Source of the DNA: Planctomycetales bacterium
Lineage (GTDB): Bacteria > 4484-113
NCBI GenBank assembly: GCA_037441675.1
Contig: JBBIRS010000011.1
Location: 1 to 42,232, forward strand
Length of the DNA stretch: 42,232 nt
Direction: 5' to 3'
The notes beneath the pieces were generated by a model. It saw nothing but the letters and a program-made list of their open reading frames with translations. It was not told where the DNA came from and ran no database searches. Made by a program: the position numbers and the translations under genes. Shown here piece after piece: positions 9,160 through 18,169 of the stretch. How positions within the stretch are numbered: the stretch's first letter is position 1; the number at the start of each line of letters is the position of its first letter.

Positions 9160-9999
9160 ATGGCTGGATCAATGAAGGCAAGCGTCAGTATTATCGCCCA
9201 TAACACGCAGAAGAAAAGATATTCGGTAGAGGAGGTTACAGATTCGGTCATCTGTGGTGATGCGCTTGAAGTTCTGCCTAAGCTGCCAGCGGAAATTTAC
9301 GATATGGTTTTCATAGACCCGCCATACTTTCTGCAGATCGGAAAGAAGAACCTAAAACGCTGGAACGTCAAGACGAACGTTGAAGGCGTTGATGATGATT
9401 GGGATAAGTTTGAGAGCTTTGAGAATTATGACAAGTTCATTGGCGAACTTCTAAAACAGGTGAAGCGGGTGATGAAGCCTGCAGCAACGCTTTGGGTCAT
9501 TTCCACTTACCACAGCATTTTCAGGATCGGTAAAATAATGCAGGATTTGGGCTTTTGGATACTCAACGACCTTCACTGGGTAAAGACTAATCCTATGCCT
9601 AACTGGCTTGGCGTTCGTTTCACAAACGCTACAGAGACCCTTATCTGGGCTCTGAAGGATAAAAATTCCAAGGGCTACACATTTAACCGCGAGATGGCGA
9701 AGGAGTTCGGATTTAGCGCAACCGGTGATAATGTTTGGGTAATTCCTCTCTGTACAGGCAAGGAACGCTTGCGGGATAATTATGGCAAGAAGGCGCATTC
9801 AACGCAAAAGCCGATTGAACTTCTTAAGCGCGTTATCCTCACGTCCACAAAGGAAGGCGACCTAATCCTTGACCCAGTTGCTGGCGTCGGAACAACAGGA
9901 TACGTTGCCAAAATGCTCAATCGTCTCTTCACAATGATTGAGATAAGCGAGAAGTACGTGGAAACTATAAAGAAAAGGTTTGTAGAATATAATCACTAG
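9160..9999 (+). CDS. Beta-class amino DNA methyltransferase, CcrM/M.HinfI-like
   Basis: DPPY precedes the SAM-binding LDPVAGVGTT. GVDDDWDKF, YHSIFRIG, KTNPMPN, RFTNATETLIWA and HSTQKP resemble CcrM/HinfI. Confidence 0.9.
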   Translation: MAGSMKASVSIIAHNTQKKRYSVEEVTDSVICGDALEVLPKLPAEIYDMVFIDPPYFLQIGKKNLKRWNVKTNVEGVDDDWDKFESFENYDKFIGELLKQVKRVMKPAATLWVISTYHSIFRIGKIMQDLGFWILNDLHWVKTNPMPNWLGVRFTNATETLIWALKDKNSKGYTFNREMAKEFGFSATGDNVWVIPLCTGKERLRDNYGKKAHSTQKPIELLKRVILTSTKEGDLILDPVAGVGTTGYVAKMLNRLFTMIEISEKYVETIKKRFVEYNH

Positions 10000-10037
10000 C
10001 GGTGCGTATCTACCGAATAACGAGTATAATCCCTAAT

Positions 10038-10394
10038 ATGCCATTTAACGTTCATAAATACGTTCCCAAAGGCTGGGGAGGAGAAGTCTGGATATGGAAC
10101 AAGGAACTCTACTGTGGGAAGAAGCTTATTCTAAAAAAGGGCAAACGTTGTAGCTTGCACTATCATCCTAAAAAGACTGAGACCTTTTATCTCCAATCTG
10201 GACGCGTGAAGATGGAGCTAAAATATCCAGATGGCTTAGAGGAAACACTCATCCTTGAACCGGGCGATTCATTGCACCTTCCCGCCGGCACTGTTCACCG
10301 CTTCACTGGGATTGAGGATTCTGAGATATTTGAATTCTCAACTCTTCACGATGATGCTGACGTGGTTCGCCTAGAAGCGGGAGACACCCTCTAA
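10038..10394 (+). CDS. Cupin domain protein (mannose-6-phosphate isomerase-like)
   Basis: VPKGWGGE, SLHYHPKKTETFY and VHRF cupin motifs. ATG 10038 preferred over GTG 10002. Confidence 0.85.
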   Translation: MPFNVHKYVPKGWGGEVWIWNKELYCGKKLILKKGKRCSLHYHPKKTETFYLQSGRVKMELKYPDGLEETLILEPGDSLHLPAGTVHRFTGIEDSEIFEFSTLHDDADVVRLEAGDTL

Positions 10395-10479
10395 CGACCA
10401 GAAAATAACATTATTGCCAATGTACTAGTATTTAGACTAAAGAAAGCGAAGCGACTCAGCTAAATCCCATCAACCCACT

Positions 10480-10968
10480 CTACCTGACCTTCTCTACTCG
10501 CACCCGTTCCTTTTCCACCTTCCCCAGATACTTCCTAAGCTCGTTTTCCACGAGGAAAGTAATGTCGTCAAAATCGTGAACGCCGCCAATCTCCTCCAAT
10601 GTTTTGCACTTAACCGCAAGCTCGCCCGTCTTTTTCCTGGTAACCTTCCCCGTGCGGGATATTTCCTCCACTATGTCCTTGTACTTGACGACTGTGAGGA
10701 TCGTATCTTTAGAAGCTCCTTCATTGAAGTCTTTATCCGCCAGTAGTTCTTTGATGCATGCTGTTGAAAGTTTGAGCTTTCCAGGCTCATCAGGATTGTC
10801 TACCTCCTCCCGGTTCTTAACAACCTCAAGTACAGCCTTATGCACAATAGCATGGGCTCGTTCGACCTTCTGCTTTTTTTGCGCCGCTGCTTGGGGGTAA
10901 GCAACAGCGAGTACTATTCCAACTAGTACTAGAATTATTACTATTATAGTGATTGTTGAAATTACCAA
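10480..10968 (-). CDS. Hypothetical protein with an N-terminal membrane anchor
   Basis: TTG start with GAAGGTGG RBS, one strongly hydrophobic helix, then a charged helical domain. Confidence 0.7.
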   Translation of the reverse strand: MVISTITIIVIILVLVGIVLAVAYPQAAAQKKQKVERAHAIVHKAVLEVVKNREEVDNPDEPGKLKLSTACIKELLADKDFNEGASKDTILTVVKYKDIVEEISRTGKVTRKKTGELAVKCKTLEEIGGVHDFDDITFLVENELRKYLGKVEKERVRVEKVR

Positions 10969-11112
10969 CTTTCCACCTTCCAGAACTAGTGTGATTCTTC
11001 TACCTTGCTACCTATCTTATTAGCATACCATACATCGGTTAAATTTGGTAAAAATTTTGCTCTTAAGAGTTTTTAATAGCCTTAAAACAAGTATTATAGT
11101 CTAAATCAATAT

Positions 11113-11988
11113 CTAACCTTTTACCAAAGCGAATACACCACCAATAATCAAAATTGATGCAAACAGCCTAGCTTCAATTTTCTCCTTAAACATAAGATGA
11201 CCCATTATCACGGAAACTATCATTGAGATACTACTTACAGGCTCGGCAACGGATAGGTCAACTCCAAGCCCCAATACCGCCACAAGAGTAAAGTAAGCGT
11301 AACCATTAACAAGTCCATTAAGCCACGCAATTTTCCATCTCTTTCTGTAAAGTTTTCTAGCCTGGTCAAAAGTTCCGCTTACGAAATTAATTAATAAAAA
11401 TATAATACTTAGGCTTAAACTACCAAAAAGCGCGTAATAATAGGGATTGATATCCGCTGCGTAGTTGTCAATCAACCTACCTAGGGATAATATTCCAGCA
11501 CAAAGTATCATATCTTGCGCCGGTCGGTACTTCGCTAAATTAATGAAGCTATCAAAAGGATTTGTCTTGGGTTTAAGCCATGTTGCGCCTATGAAAATCA
11601 ATATTGCTCCAAATAGCTTCCACCATGTAAATAACTCCCTCTTAAAGATAATTGGCAGAAAGAAAACAAAGAGCACTGAGACCGAGTAAAGAGGGCTAAT
11701 TAGGCTAACTTCGCCGTCCCGAAGTGAGCGGATGTAAAAGAAGAATGCAATTACACTTAAAATAGCGTTAAGAATACTAAACGGTAAGAAGTTAAAGTTT
11801 TCAGGAGGATAGAAAATAATGAGAAAGATGAGCGGGGGAATGTGCAACACCGAAGCTAGACCGAAAAAAACAAGAGCCCCTGAAAGCGGATGAAAGCCCT
11901 CAACAGTTCGTTTACCAAGCGGCCGTTCCAAACCCAAAAGGAGGACGCGAAGAATGAGTAGCAGCCAAGCAATGCTAGGCGCAGTCAC
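11113..11988 (-). CDS. EamA/DMT-family transporter
   Basis: About 10 TM helices in two repeats; GEVSLISPL and FKEKI motifs. Confidence 0.88.
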   Translation of the reverse strand: MTAPSIAWLLLILRVLLLGLERPLGKRTVEGFHPLSGALVFFGLASVLHIPPLIFLIIFYPPENFNFLPFSILNAILSVIAFFFYIRSLRDGEVSLISPLYSVSVLFVFFLPIIFKRELFTWWKLFGAILIFIGATWLKPKTNPFDSFINLAKYRPAQDMILCAGILSLGRLIDNYAADINPYYYALFGSLSLSIIFLLINFVSGTFDQARKLYRKRWKIAWLNGLVNGYAYFTLVAVLGLGVDLSVAEPVSSISMIVSVIMGHLMFKEKIEARLFASILIIGGVFALVKG

Positions 11989-12074
11989 AGCCGATGATTA
12001 TACATTGATGATGAGCTCGTTTTCTATAAAACGTTCATCATCTTCGGAGAAAATAACAGAATATTTATGAGTAC

Positions 12075-12617
12075 TTACAATTTCAGGATAAACCTCCACA
12101 TTAGGTCTTTGGCTACTCTTATCCCAATTCTTTCACGCGCAATTATTCTTTTGCAATTTAATCTTTTCCCGCGACGAAGGAAAAGTGGTGACTCAGAGGA
12201 AAGCATATCCACTCCATTTAAGCTTTTATCAACTTCCAAGGCTTTACACAATAGGCCAGGACTATCCAGTCTCAGACTCTTTGGTGATAACGGCTCTGCC
12301 CTTCGAATCAAAATCGCCGCCCCGATCCCTTCCTCCATACAGCTCACGTTCAGACAGTAGTGATTCCCGTATATAAAGTAAACGTAACAGTAACCGGGCG
12401 GTAAAAACATTGCTGCATTTCTCAATGTTTTGCCCCTGAAGGAATGGCTCGCAGGCTCATCCTGGTGATATGCTTCAACCTCAACAATTCTCGCAACTAA
12501 AAGCTTTCCGGTAAGAGTTCGTCGAACAATTAAGTTGCCCAACAATTGCTGTGCGCAGTCCTTTGGGTGCTGGGAAAGAAGTCTCAAGAAGTAGGGATTC
12601 CTCTTACCCTTTGCCAT
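12075..12617 (-). CDS. mpg: DNA-3-methyladenine glycosylase (MPG/AAG family)
   Basis: IVEVEAY, DEPASHSFRG, YVYFIYGNHYCLNV, SPGLLCKAL and RIGI. ATG 12617 lies just after the aroB stop. Confidence 0.92.
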   Translation of the reverse strand: MAKGKRNPYFLRLLSQHPKDCAQQLLGNLIVRRTLTGKLLVARIVEVEAYHQDEPASHSFRGKTLRNAAMFLPPGYCYVYFIYGNHYCLNVSCMEEGIGAAILIRRAEPLSPKSLRLDSPGLLCKALEVDKSLNGVDMLSSESPLFLRRGKRLNCKRIIARERIGIRVAKDLMWRFILKL

Positions 12618-12618
12618 T

Positions 12619-13734
12619 CTATTGTTTGAAAAACGCATAACTAGCTTTCAAAAACTGCCTTTTACTAATCTCAACTAGTTGCATTACTCCTGGCTTCACT
12701 GGAAGGATGAAACGTGGCAATCTTTCGCCATGCTTCTTGTCCATTTGAATCTTCTGCCATAACTCATCGCAGAAAACATCCAACTTGGATGGTTTCATAA
12801 CTTTAATTCCAAGAGAAATAATTGTTTGCCTTAATTTTTCAATAGACTCCGCCTCCGTTATGCCAAGCAACTGGCTCAGTTTGCAAGCAAATAGAATTCC
12901 CACACCCACCGCCTCGCCGTGCCTTCCACGAAAATTTTTCATAGCTTCAAGTGCATGCCCCAAGGTATGTCCAAAGTTAAGTTCCCTTCTCATAGATAAA
13001 TCATTAAAATCCATCCTTACCCAATTAGACTTGAGTTTGAGTGACAACTGAACAAGTTTTTTGACACACATCTCATCATTATTTTGGATTTGGGAAGCTA
13101 ATTTTGCGACTTTCTCAAAGTTAAGCTCTCCAGATAAAAAGCCTATCTTAACTGCCTCAACCAGTCCCTCTCTAATTAATTCAATCGTAAGAGTAGAAAG
13201 AAATTTGACATCAATCAAGCTGACTGAAGGAGGATAGTAGCTTCCGACCAAGTTTTTCAAGCCGAACGCATTCACCGCAGTCTTACCACCAATGGTGGCA
13301 TCAATCATTCCAATAAGAGTTGTGGGAACATGAATGAGGGGTAGACCTCGCTGAAACAAAGAAGCGCATAAGCTTGCACAGTCAAGCGTGCTCCCACCAC
13401 CTACCGCAATGATTACATCAGCGTCCCTATGCGATTTCAGCTGTTTTAACACATAGAATAGATTAGTTAACGTCTGAATTGATTTTGCTCTTTCCCCCGC
13501 AGGGAGGCAGACAATCTTAGCATTTCCGAAAAAATGATTTTTCCCATTAAACAAAATTTTCTTATACAGTGCATAGACCTGAGCGTCCACTAAAGCTATT
13601 TTTCTCCTTTTATGAAGCAAGGAGTAAGCCCGTGAAATCATGCACAAATCTTCAACGAAGGGGTTTCCCACGATTAACTCTAAAAGTATTACTTCCTGCT
13701 TAATCTTGGAAACTACAGTAATTGTTGAAATCAT
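12619..13734 (-). CDS. aroB: 3-dehydroquinate synthase; start uncertain
   Basis: AGERAKS, VGGGSTLD, VPTTLIGMIDATIGGKTAVN, KNLVG, LNFGHTLGHALE, HGEAV and DKK. Confidence 0.93.
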   Translation of the reverse strand: MISTITVVSKIKQEVILLELIVGNPFVEDLCMISRAYSLLHKRRKIALVDAQVYALYKKILFNGKNHFFGNAKIVCLPAGERAKSIQTLTNLFYVLKQLKSHRDADVIIAVGGGSTLDCASLCASLFQRGLPLIHVPTTLIGMIDATIGGKTAVNAFGLKNLVGSYYPPSVSLIDVKFLSTLTIELIREGLVEAVKIGFLSGELNFEKVAKLASQIQNNDEMCVKKLVQLSLKLKSNWVRMDFNDLSMRRELNFGHTLGHALEAMKNFRGRHGEAVGVGILFACKLSQLLGITEAESIEKLRQTIISLGIKVMKPSKLDVFCDELWQKIQMDKKHGERLPRFILPVKPGVMQLVEISKRQFLKASYAFFKQ

Positions 13735-13761
13735 GCGTTTTAATGTTTAGACTAGCAATTA

Positions 13762-14298
13762 TCACTGTAAGAATGCATGCTTAATAACTTTTGCAATGAA
13801 TGGAGGTTCAAAACTATCTGTGAAGACGATGAAATGAGACTGCTCGTAAATATGTGAACGCATATCAAGCAGTCTCTCCAACCCATTTCTGCCTAACCTA
13901 TCAACGAGTGGACGAGTTAAATTACTATTTTTAATTCGTTGCCAAATCGTTTCAAAATCAGCCTTTAGGTAGACTAGAAACGAACGAGTTAAAACCTGAG
14001 CTAATAAATTCGGATTTTGAATAGTGCCACCTCCATATGCAACAATTGCTCTGTTTTTACTAAGAAGCTCCAACGCAATTCTTGACTCCACCTGCCTAAA
14101 ACTTCCCTCTTCGCCTTCAGCTAGTTTTTGAAATATTTCGTCTCCTACCTTCAAAGTTAAAACTTCATCCAAATCGTAGAATTCTCGTCTCATAATTTTG
14201 GCGAGCTCTCTTCCGACGGTGCTTTTACCAGCCCCCATAAATCCGACTAGTACTATGTTTCTAGATGGGTTGTAGTGCTCCGAATGAACCAAAAACAC
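13762..14298 (-). CDS. aroK: Shikimate kinase
   Basis: IVLVGFMGAGKSTVG, DLD, FRQVE, YGGG and RPL. In-frame GTG 14298 lies 7 nt after a TATAAT box. Confidence 0.93.
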   Translation of the reverse strand: MFLVHSEHYNPSRNIVLVGFMGAGKSTVGRELAKIMRREFYDLDEVLTLKVGDEIFQKLAEGEEGSFRQVESRIALELLSKNRAIVAYGGGTIQNPNLLAQVLTRSFLVYLKADFETIWQRIKNSNLTRPLVDRLGRNGLERLLDMRSHIYEQSHFIVFTDSFEPPFIAKVIKHAFLQ

Positions 14299-14332
14299 AA
14301 TTATGATTATAGCGATATAAAAAGAAGAGGTG

Positions 14333-15232
14333 CTATTCTTCAAAAGTACTAATTCTATACACTGAAGTTCCGAACAGGTAATCATGCGGAGCGCGACCTG
14401 AGCGCTCAAAAGTTGATACCAAGATAGATAAGAACAAATACAGCCCCATAGAAATGTTTATCAGACTCCAAAGAACAAGCGCTCTTCCTACTCCTAAGAA
14501 TAAACCTAATTCTTTACCATTAACGCGAAGCACCTTGATACCGACTAAAGCCTTCCCAACTGATTGCCCTCCAATACCGCCAAAAATACCAAAGTAGCCA
14601 ACCGCTAGTGCAAACATAAAGTAAGAAAAACGCATTATTGGAGCTATTAGTTCCGGGCTAACCTCATTAATCTTAGAAAGGTTAAAAATTCCTATTTCTG
14701 CTTGTTTCACTTGAAGCTCGGTAAATATAGCGTCAAAACCTAGTAATGAAGCAAGAAATATCGAGAGAAAAAGAATAATAATAAAATCAATAAAAAATGC
14801 AGAAGCTCGGACGAATAGTGATGCAGGAACAAGTTCATATACTTTAGGAGGTGTAGTACCAAAGTAGTAACGTATCTCTTGAGTCTGCGCATAAGTATTG
14901 AACGCACTTTTTTGCAAACCCTCCTCATCCGAACTCTCAAGCCTATGGAGCATTTCCCCCTCTCTCCCACTATCAGGGGTGAACTCAAGCCCTTGTTTAC
15001 CTACTGATGAGATGCTAGATTCAATCTGACCAAATCGGTTTGTTGAAGGGGGAACCGCTAGAGGCTTGAATCTCTGCCTGCATTTTACGCAGATTTCCGC
15101 ACTCAACTCGTTATCATAGCCACAGGCTGGGCATTTCAGTTTTTTCTCAGTTAGACTCACTTCCCCCTCTTGTTCTCTCCCACTGATATTCTGGGGAACT
15201 TGACCCTTGCCAATTGATTGATCATTTTTCAC
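14333..15232 (-). CDS. Zinc-ribbon + RDD-family membrane protein
   Basis: CPACG...CVKC, then RASAFFID, GQSVGKALVGIKV and RAPHDYLFGT. Confidence 0.88.
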   Translation of the reverse strand: MKNDQSIGKGQVPQNISGREQEGEVSLTEKKLKCPACGYDNELSAEICVKCRQRFKPLAVPPSTNRFGQIESSISSVGKQGLEFTPDSGREGEMLHRLESSDEEGLQKSAFNTYAQTQEIRYYFGTTPPKVYELVPASLFVRASAFFIDFIIILFLSIFLASLLGFDAIFTELQVKQAEIGIFNLSKINEVSPELIAPIMRFSYFMFALAVGYFGIFGGIGGQSVGKALVGIKVLRVNGKELGLFLGVGRALVLWSLINISMGLYLFLSILVSTFERSGRAPHDYLFGTSVYRISTFEE

Positions 15233-15257
15233 AGCAAATATCTTACCCTGAGAATAC

Positions 15258-16121
15258 TCAGATTAGTGCCTCTTTATGGCGGAAAGCGTTGCATTCAATG
15301 TTCACAGCGACGGGAAAAGATGCGATATGACAGGGATGAACTTCTACTTTAACAGCCACCGCGGTTTGCGTTCCGCCAAACCCGCCAGGACCAACACCAG
15401 TTCTATTCACTTTTTCTAACAGTTCCCTTTCCAGTTCCGCTATTTCAGGATCAGGATGTTCGTCATTTAAGGGCCTTAATAGCGCCTTTTTAGCCAAATA
15501 TGCGCAATACTCAAAGTTTCCACCTATGCCAACACCAACCACTATGGGGGGGCAAGGGTTACCGCCAGCTTCAGAAACTCTCTCCAGAACGAACTTCTTC
15601 ACGCCCTCAATTCCATCCGCAGGACGCATCATTTTCAACGCGCTCATATTCTCACTTCCCCCACCCTTTGCCGAAAACTTTATGTGAACTTGCTCTCCTG
15701 GAACTATCTCCGTGTGTATGATAGCGGGAGTATTATCCCCGGTATTTTTATCACGCTTGTAGGGGTTAAAGTAAACACTCTTTCTCAAGTAGTTTTCACG
15801 ATAGGCGTTTCGCACACCTTCATTTATTGCGTCTATTAAATTGCCATTGATAAAATGCACATCCTGACCTACTTCAAGAAAGATAACTGCAAGGCCGGTA
15901 TCCTGACAAATCGGCAGGCGTTCCCGCTTAGCAAGCTCCGCATTCTCAATTAGCTGTTTAAGTACCTCACGTCCAAGCTCGCTCTCCTCCTTCTCTAGCA
16001 TTTCACGCTCCGCCTGAAGAAACTCCTCAGGCAGTACAAACGCCGCCTCTTTAGCCAGCTTCTCAATTACATTCCTTACTTCATTGACATCAATTTCACG
16101 CATTACAGTTATCCGCCCCAA
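15258..16121 (-). CDS. Class I Fe-S fumarate/tartrate hydro-lyase, alpha subunit
   Basis: PICQDTG, KGGGSEN, NPCPP, GIGG and CHIAS; AGGTGA RBS. Confidence 0.93.
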   Translation of the reverse strand: MGRITVMREIDVNEVRNVIEKLAKEAAFVLPEEFLQAEREMLEKEESELGREVLKQLIENAELAKRERLPICQDTGLAVIFLEVGQDVHFINGNLIDAINEGVRNAYRENYLRKSVYFNPYKRDKNTGDNTPAIIHTEIVPGEQVHIKFSAKGGGSENMSALKMMRPADGIEGVKKFVLERVSEAGGNPCPPIVVGVGIGGNFEYCAYLAKKALLRPLNDEHPDPEIAELERELLEKVNRTGVGPGGFGGTQTAVAVKVEVHPCHIASFPVAVNIECNAFRHKEALI

Positions 16122-16235
16122 TTCACCTGATTAAAATTACAATTCATTTTATCACTTCTTGGGTACTTATTATATTGCCATCAAATCCCCCATAATCTAT
16201 AATTAGCTTGTGAAATTAGTTTCAAGGAGGGAAAT

Positions 16236-17384
16236 GTGAAGCGTACCGTTACTCTTATCCCTGGAGATGGAACAGGTCCTGAGATTGTTCCAGTGGCAAA
16301 GGATGTTTGGCAGTCATTGCCTGTTCAAATAGAGTTTGAAGAAGTAGAAGCAGGGGCTGGAGTTGTTCCCAAATATGGAACACCACTACCAGACCATGTG
16401 CTTGATTCGATTCGCAAGAACAAGGTCGCTATCAAGGGACCAATCATAACCCCAGTTGGGAAGGGCTTTAGAAGCGTCAACGTTGCTATAAGAAAGGAAC
16501 TAGACCTATACGCATGCCTGCGTCCATGCAAATGGTATCCGGGCGTGAGAAGCCATTACAAGAACATTGACGTTGTTATCGTAAGAGAAAATACCGAAGA
16601 TTTATATGCGGGAATTGAGTATCCGCAAGGCTCACAAGAAGTTAAGGAACTGATAGATTGGATAAGGAGCAAAGGTGGAAAAATTCGCGATGACTGTGGA
16701 ATATCAATTAAGCCAATATCCGTTTTCGGCACACGCCGAATCGTTCAATTTGCTTTCAACTACGCTAGAAAATACGGACGAAAGCTTGTCTCCGCAGTGC
16801 ATAAGGCGAATATTATGAAGCACTCCGATGGGCTATTTCTTGAAGTTGCTCGGCAGGTTGCGGAGGAAAATGGTGTCAAAGTGAATCGCACAGAAACAGG
16901 CATAGTCACTTATGAAGGTGGAGAGATTCAGTTTAATGATGTCATCGTTGATAATATGGCGATGCAGTTGGTTCAAACGCCGGAGCGTTACGATGTTCTC
17001 GTCCTTCCCAATCTTTACGGGGATATAATCAGCGACCTCTGCGCAGGACTGGTTGGTGGGCTAGGTGTTGCGCCAGGTGGAAATATCGGCGATGAGTATG
17101 CAGTTTTTGAGGCTACCCACGGTGCCGCTCCGAAGTACGTCGGAATGGATAAGGTCAATCCAACCGCGGTTATCCTCTCAGGTATGCTAATGCTGAGACA
17201 TCTAGGTGAGGACAAGTCTGCGGATATTCTGGAGCGCGCTGTTGCTAAGGTTATCGCAGATGGTAAAAAGACAACATACGATATGCGCGAGGATAAAAAC
17301 GACCCAACCGCCGCCAAAGCTAGCGAGTATGGTAAGGCAATAATTGAGGAGATCGAGAGAATAAGAAAGGAAGAAGGCGTATAG
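16236..17384 (+). CDS. icd: Isocitrate/isopropylmalate dehydrogenase family, most like NAD-type isocitrate dehydrogenase
   Basis: IPGDGTGPE, TPVGKGFRSVNV, RENTEDLYAG, VHKANIMK, NLYGDIISD and FEATHG; strong RBS. Confidence 0.85.
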   Translation: MKRTVTLIPGDGTGPEIVPVAKDVWQSLPVQIEFEEVEAGAGVVPKYGTPLPDHVLDSIRKNKVAIKGPIITPVGKGFRSVNVAIRKELDLYACLRPCKWYPGVRSHYKNIDVVIVRENTEDLYAGIEYPQGSQEVKELIDWIRSKGGKIRDDCGISIKPISVFGTRRIVQFAFNYARKYGRKLVSAVHKANIMKHSDGLFLEVARQVAEENGVKVNRTETGIVTYEGGEIQFNDVIVDNMAMQLVQTPERYDVLVLPNLYGDIISDLCAGLVGGLGVAPGGNIGDEYAVFEATHGAAPKYVGMDKVNPTAVILSGMLMLRHLGEDKSADILERAVAKVIADGKKTTYDMREDKNDPTAAKASEYGKAIIEEIERIRKEEGV

Positions 17385-17399
17385 ATTGGAACGTTAGAA

Positions 17400-17756
17400 T
17401 TATAAGCGAAATATCTTTTTCAGTGCGACTGCGTTGTTATGCTCTAGGTTTGACGCTGAGTACAAAAATGTTACCACCTCATTTTCATCAATTACGCTCA
17501 TTAACTTCTTGACAGCGTCTTTTTTTTCCTAAGCTCATTTTCGTATTTCTTAACGAACTCATCCCATCTTGAAGGATCGTGACCGAACGATTTCCGAAGC
17601 TTATCGCTTGGCGCAATGTCTTTTAACCAAAGATCAATACACGCCTTCTCCTTTGATGGCCCCCCTAGGCCAAAGCCTATCCACGAGAATGCGAAAGCCC
17701 TCATGCGACTCAGCTGGCTCATAAACCCGCTTTAACTTTACATTATGGTGAACCAC
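17400..17756 (-). pseudogene. DUF488/YeaO-family gene broken by two homopolymer frameshifts
   Basis: VKLKRVYEP...[11 protein letters not shown] | G6 run | [27 protein letters not shown] | A8 run | DAVKKL...TFLYSA..EHNNAVALK. Confidence 0.85.
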
Positions 17757-18029
17757 ATTTTTCATTCTACTACTTGCGGATGTTCATTTCACAGATAAAA
17801 TTCCCTTTCCTTTATGGGCCACCTCCGTCATTCTTACACTAGGCAGATATAATCCCGAGCCAAAACCTACATCCAAGTCTATGGTTTCAAATATAATCTT
17901 TCTCCAAAAAGTTCTTACAATATTTCTGATTGGTATAATAAAATGTAAAGGTAGCGGCCAAGCTCGCCTCATGTGGTCATACTCCAACAACGGGCTTGCC
18001 CGCAGAAGCGCCGAATTGCGGAAGGAAGG

Positions 18030-18108
18030 CGGGGTGTGGCGCAGTCCGGTTAAGCGCGCCTGGTTTGGGACCAGGAGGTCGCAGGTTCAAATCCTGCCAC
18101 CCCGACCA
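18030..18108 (+). tRNA. tRNA-Pro(TGG)
   Basis: Acceptor stem CGGGGTG/CACCCCG, anticodon arm CCTGG-TTTGGGA-CCAGG, T arm GCAGG-TTCAAAT-CCTGC, encoded CCA. Confidence 0.97.
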
Positions 18109-18169
18109 GTTTCGCCTAACTACAGCGACCGCAGTAACTCAGTTGTAAGAGCGCGGTAAATCTCTCCCC

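Noticed and set aside
17881..18159. 92-aa ORF, and the many antisense or overlapping 60-160 aa ORFs in the track
   Set aside because: It overlaps the tRNA. The others are shadows of well-supported genes and have no recognisable motifs.
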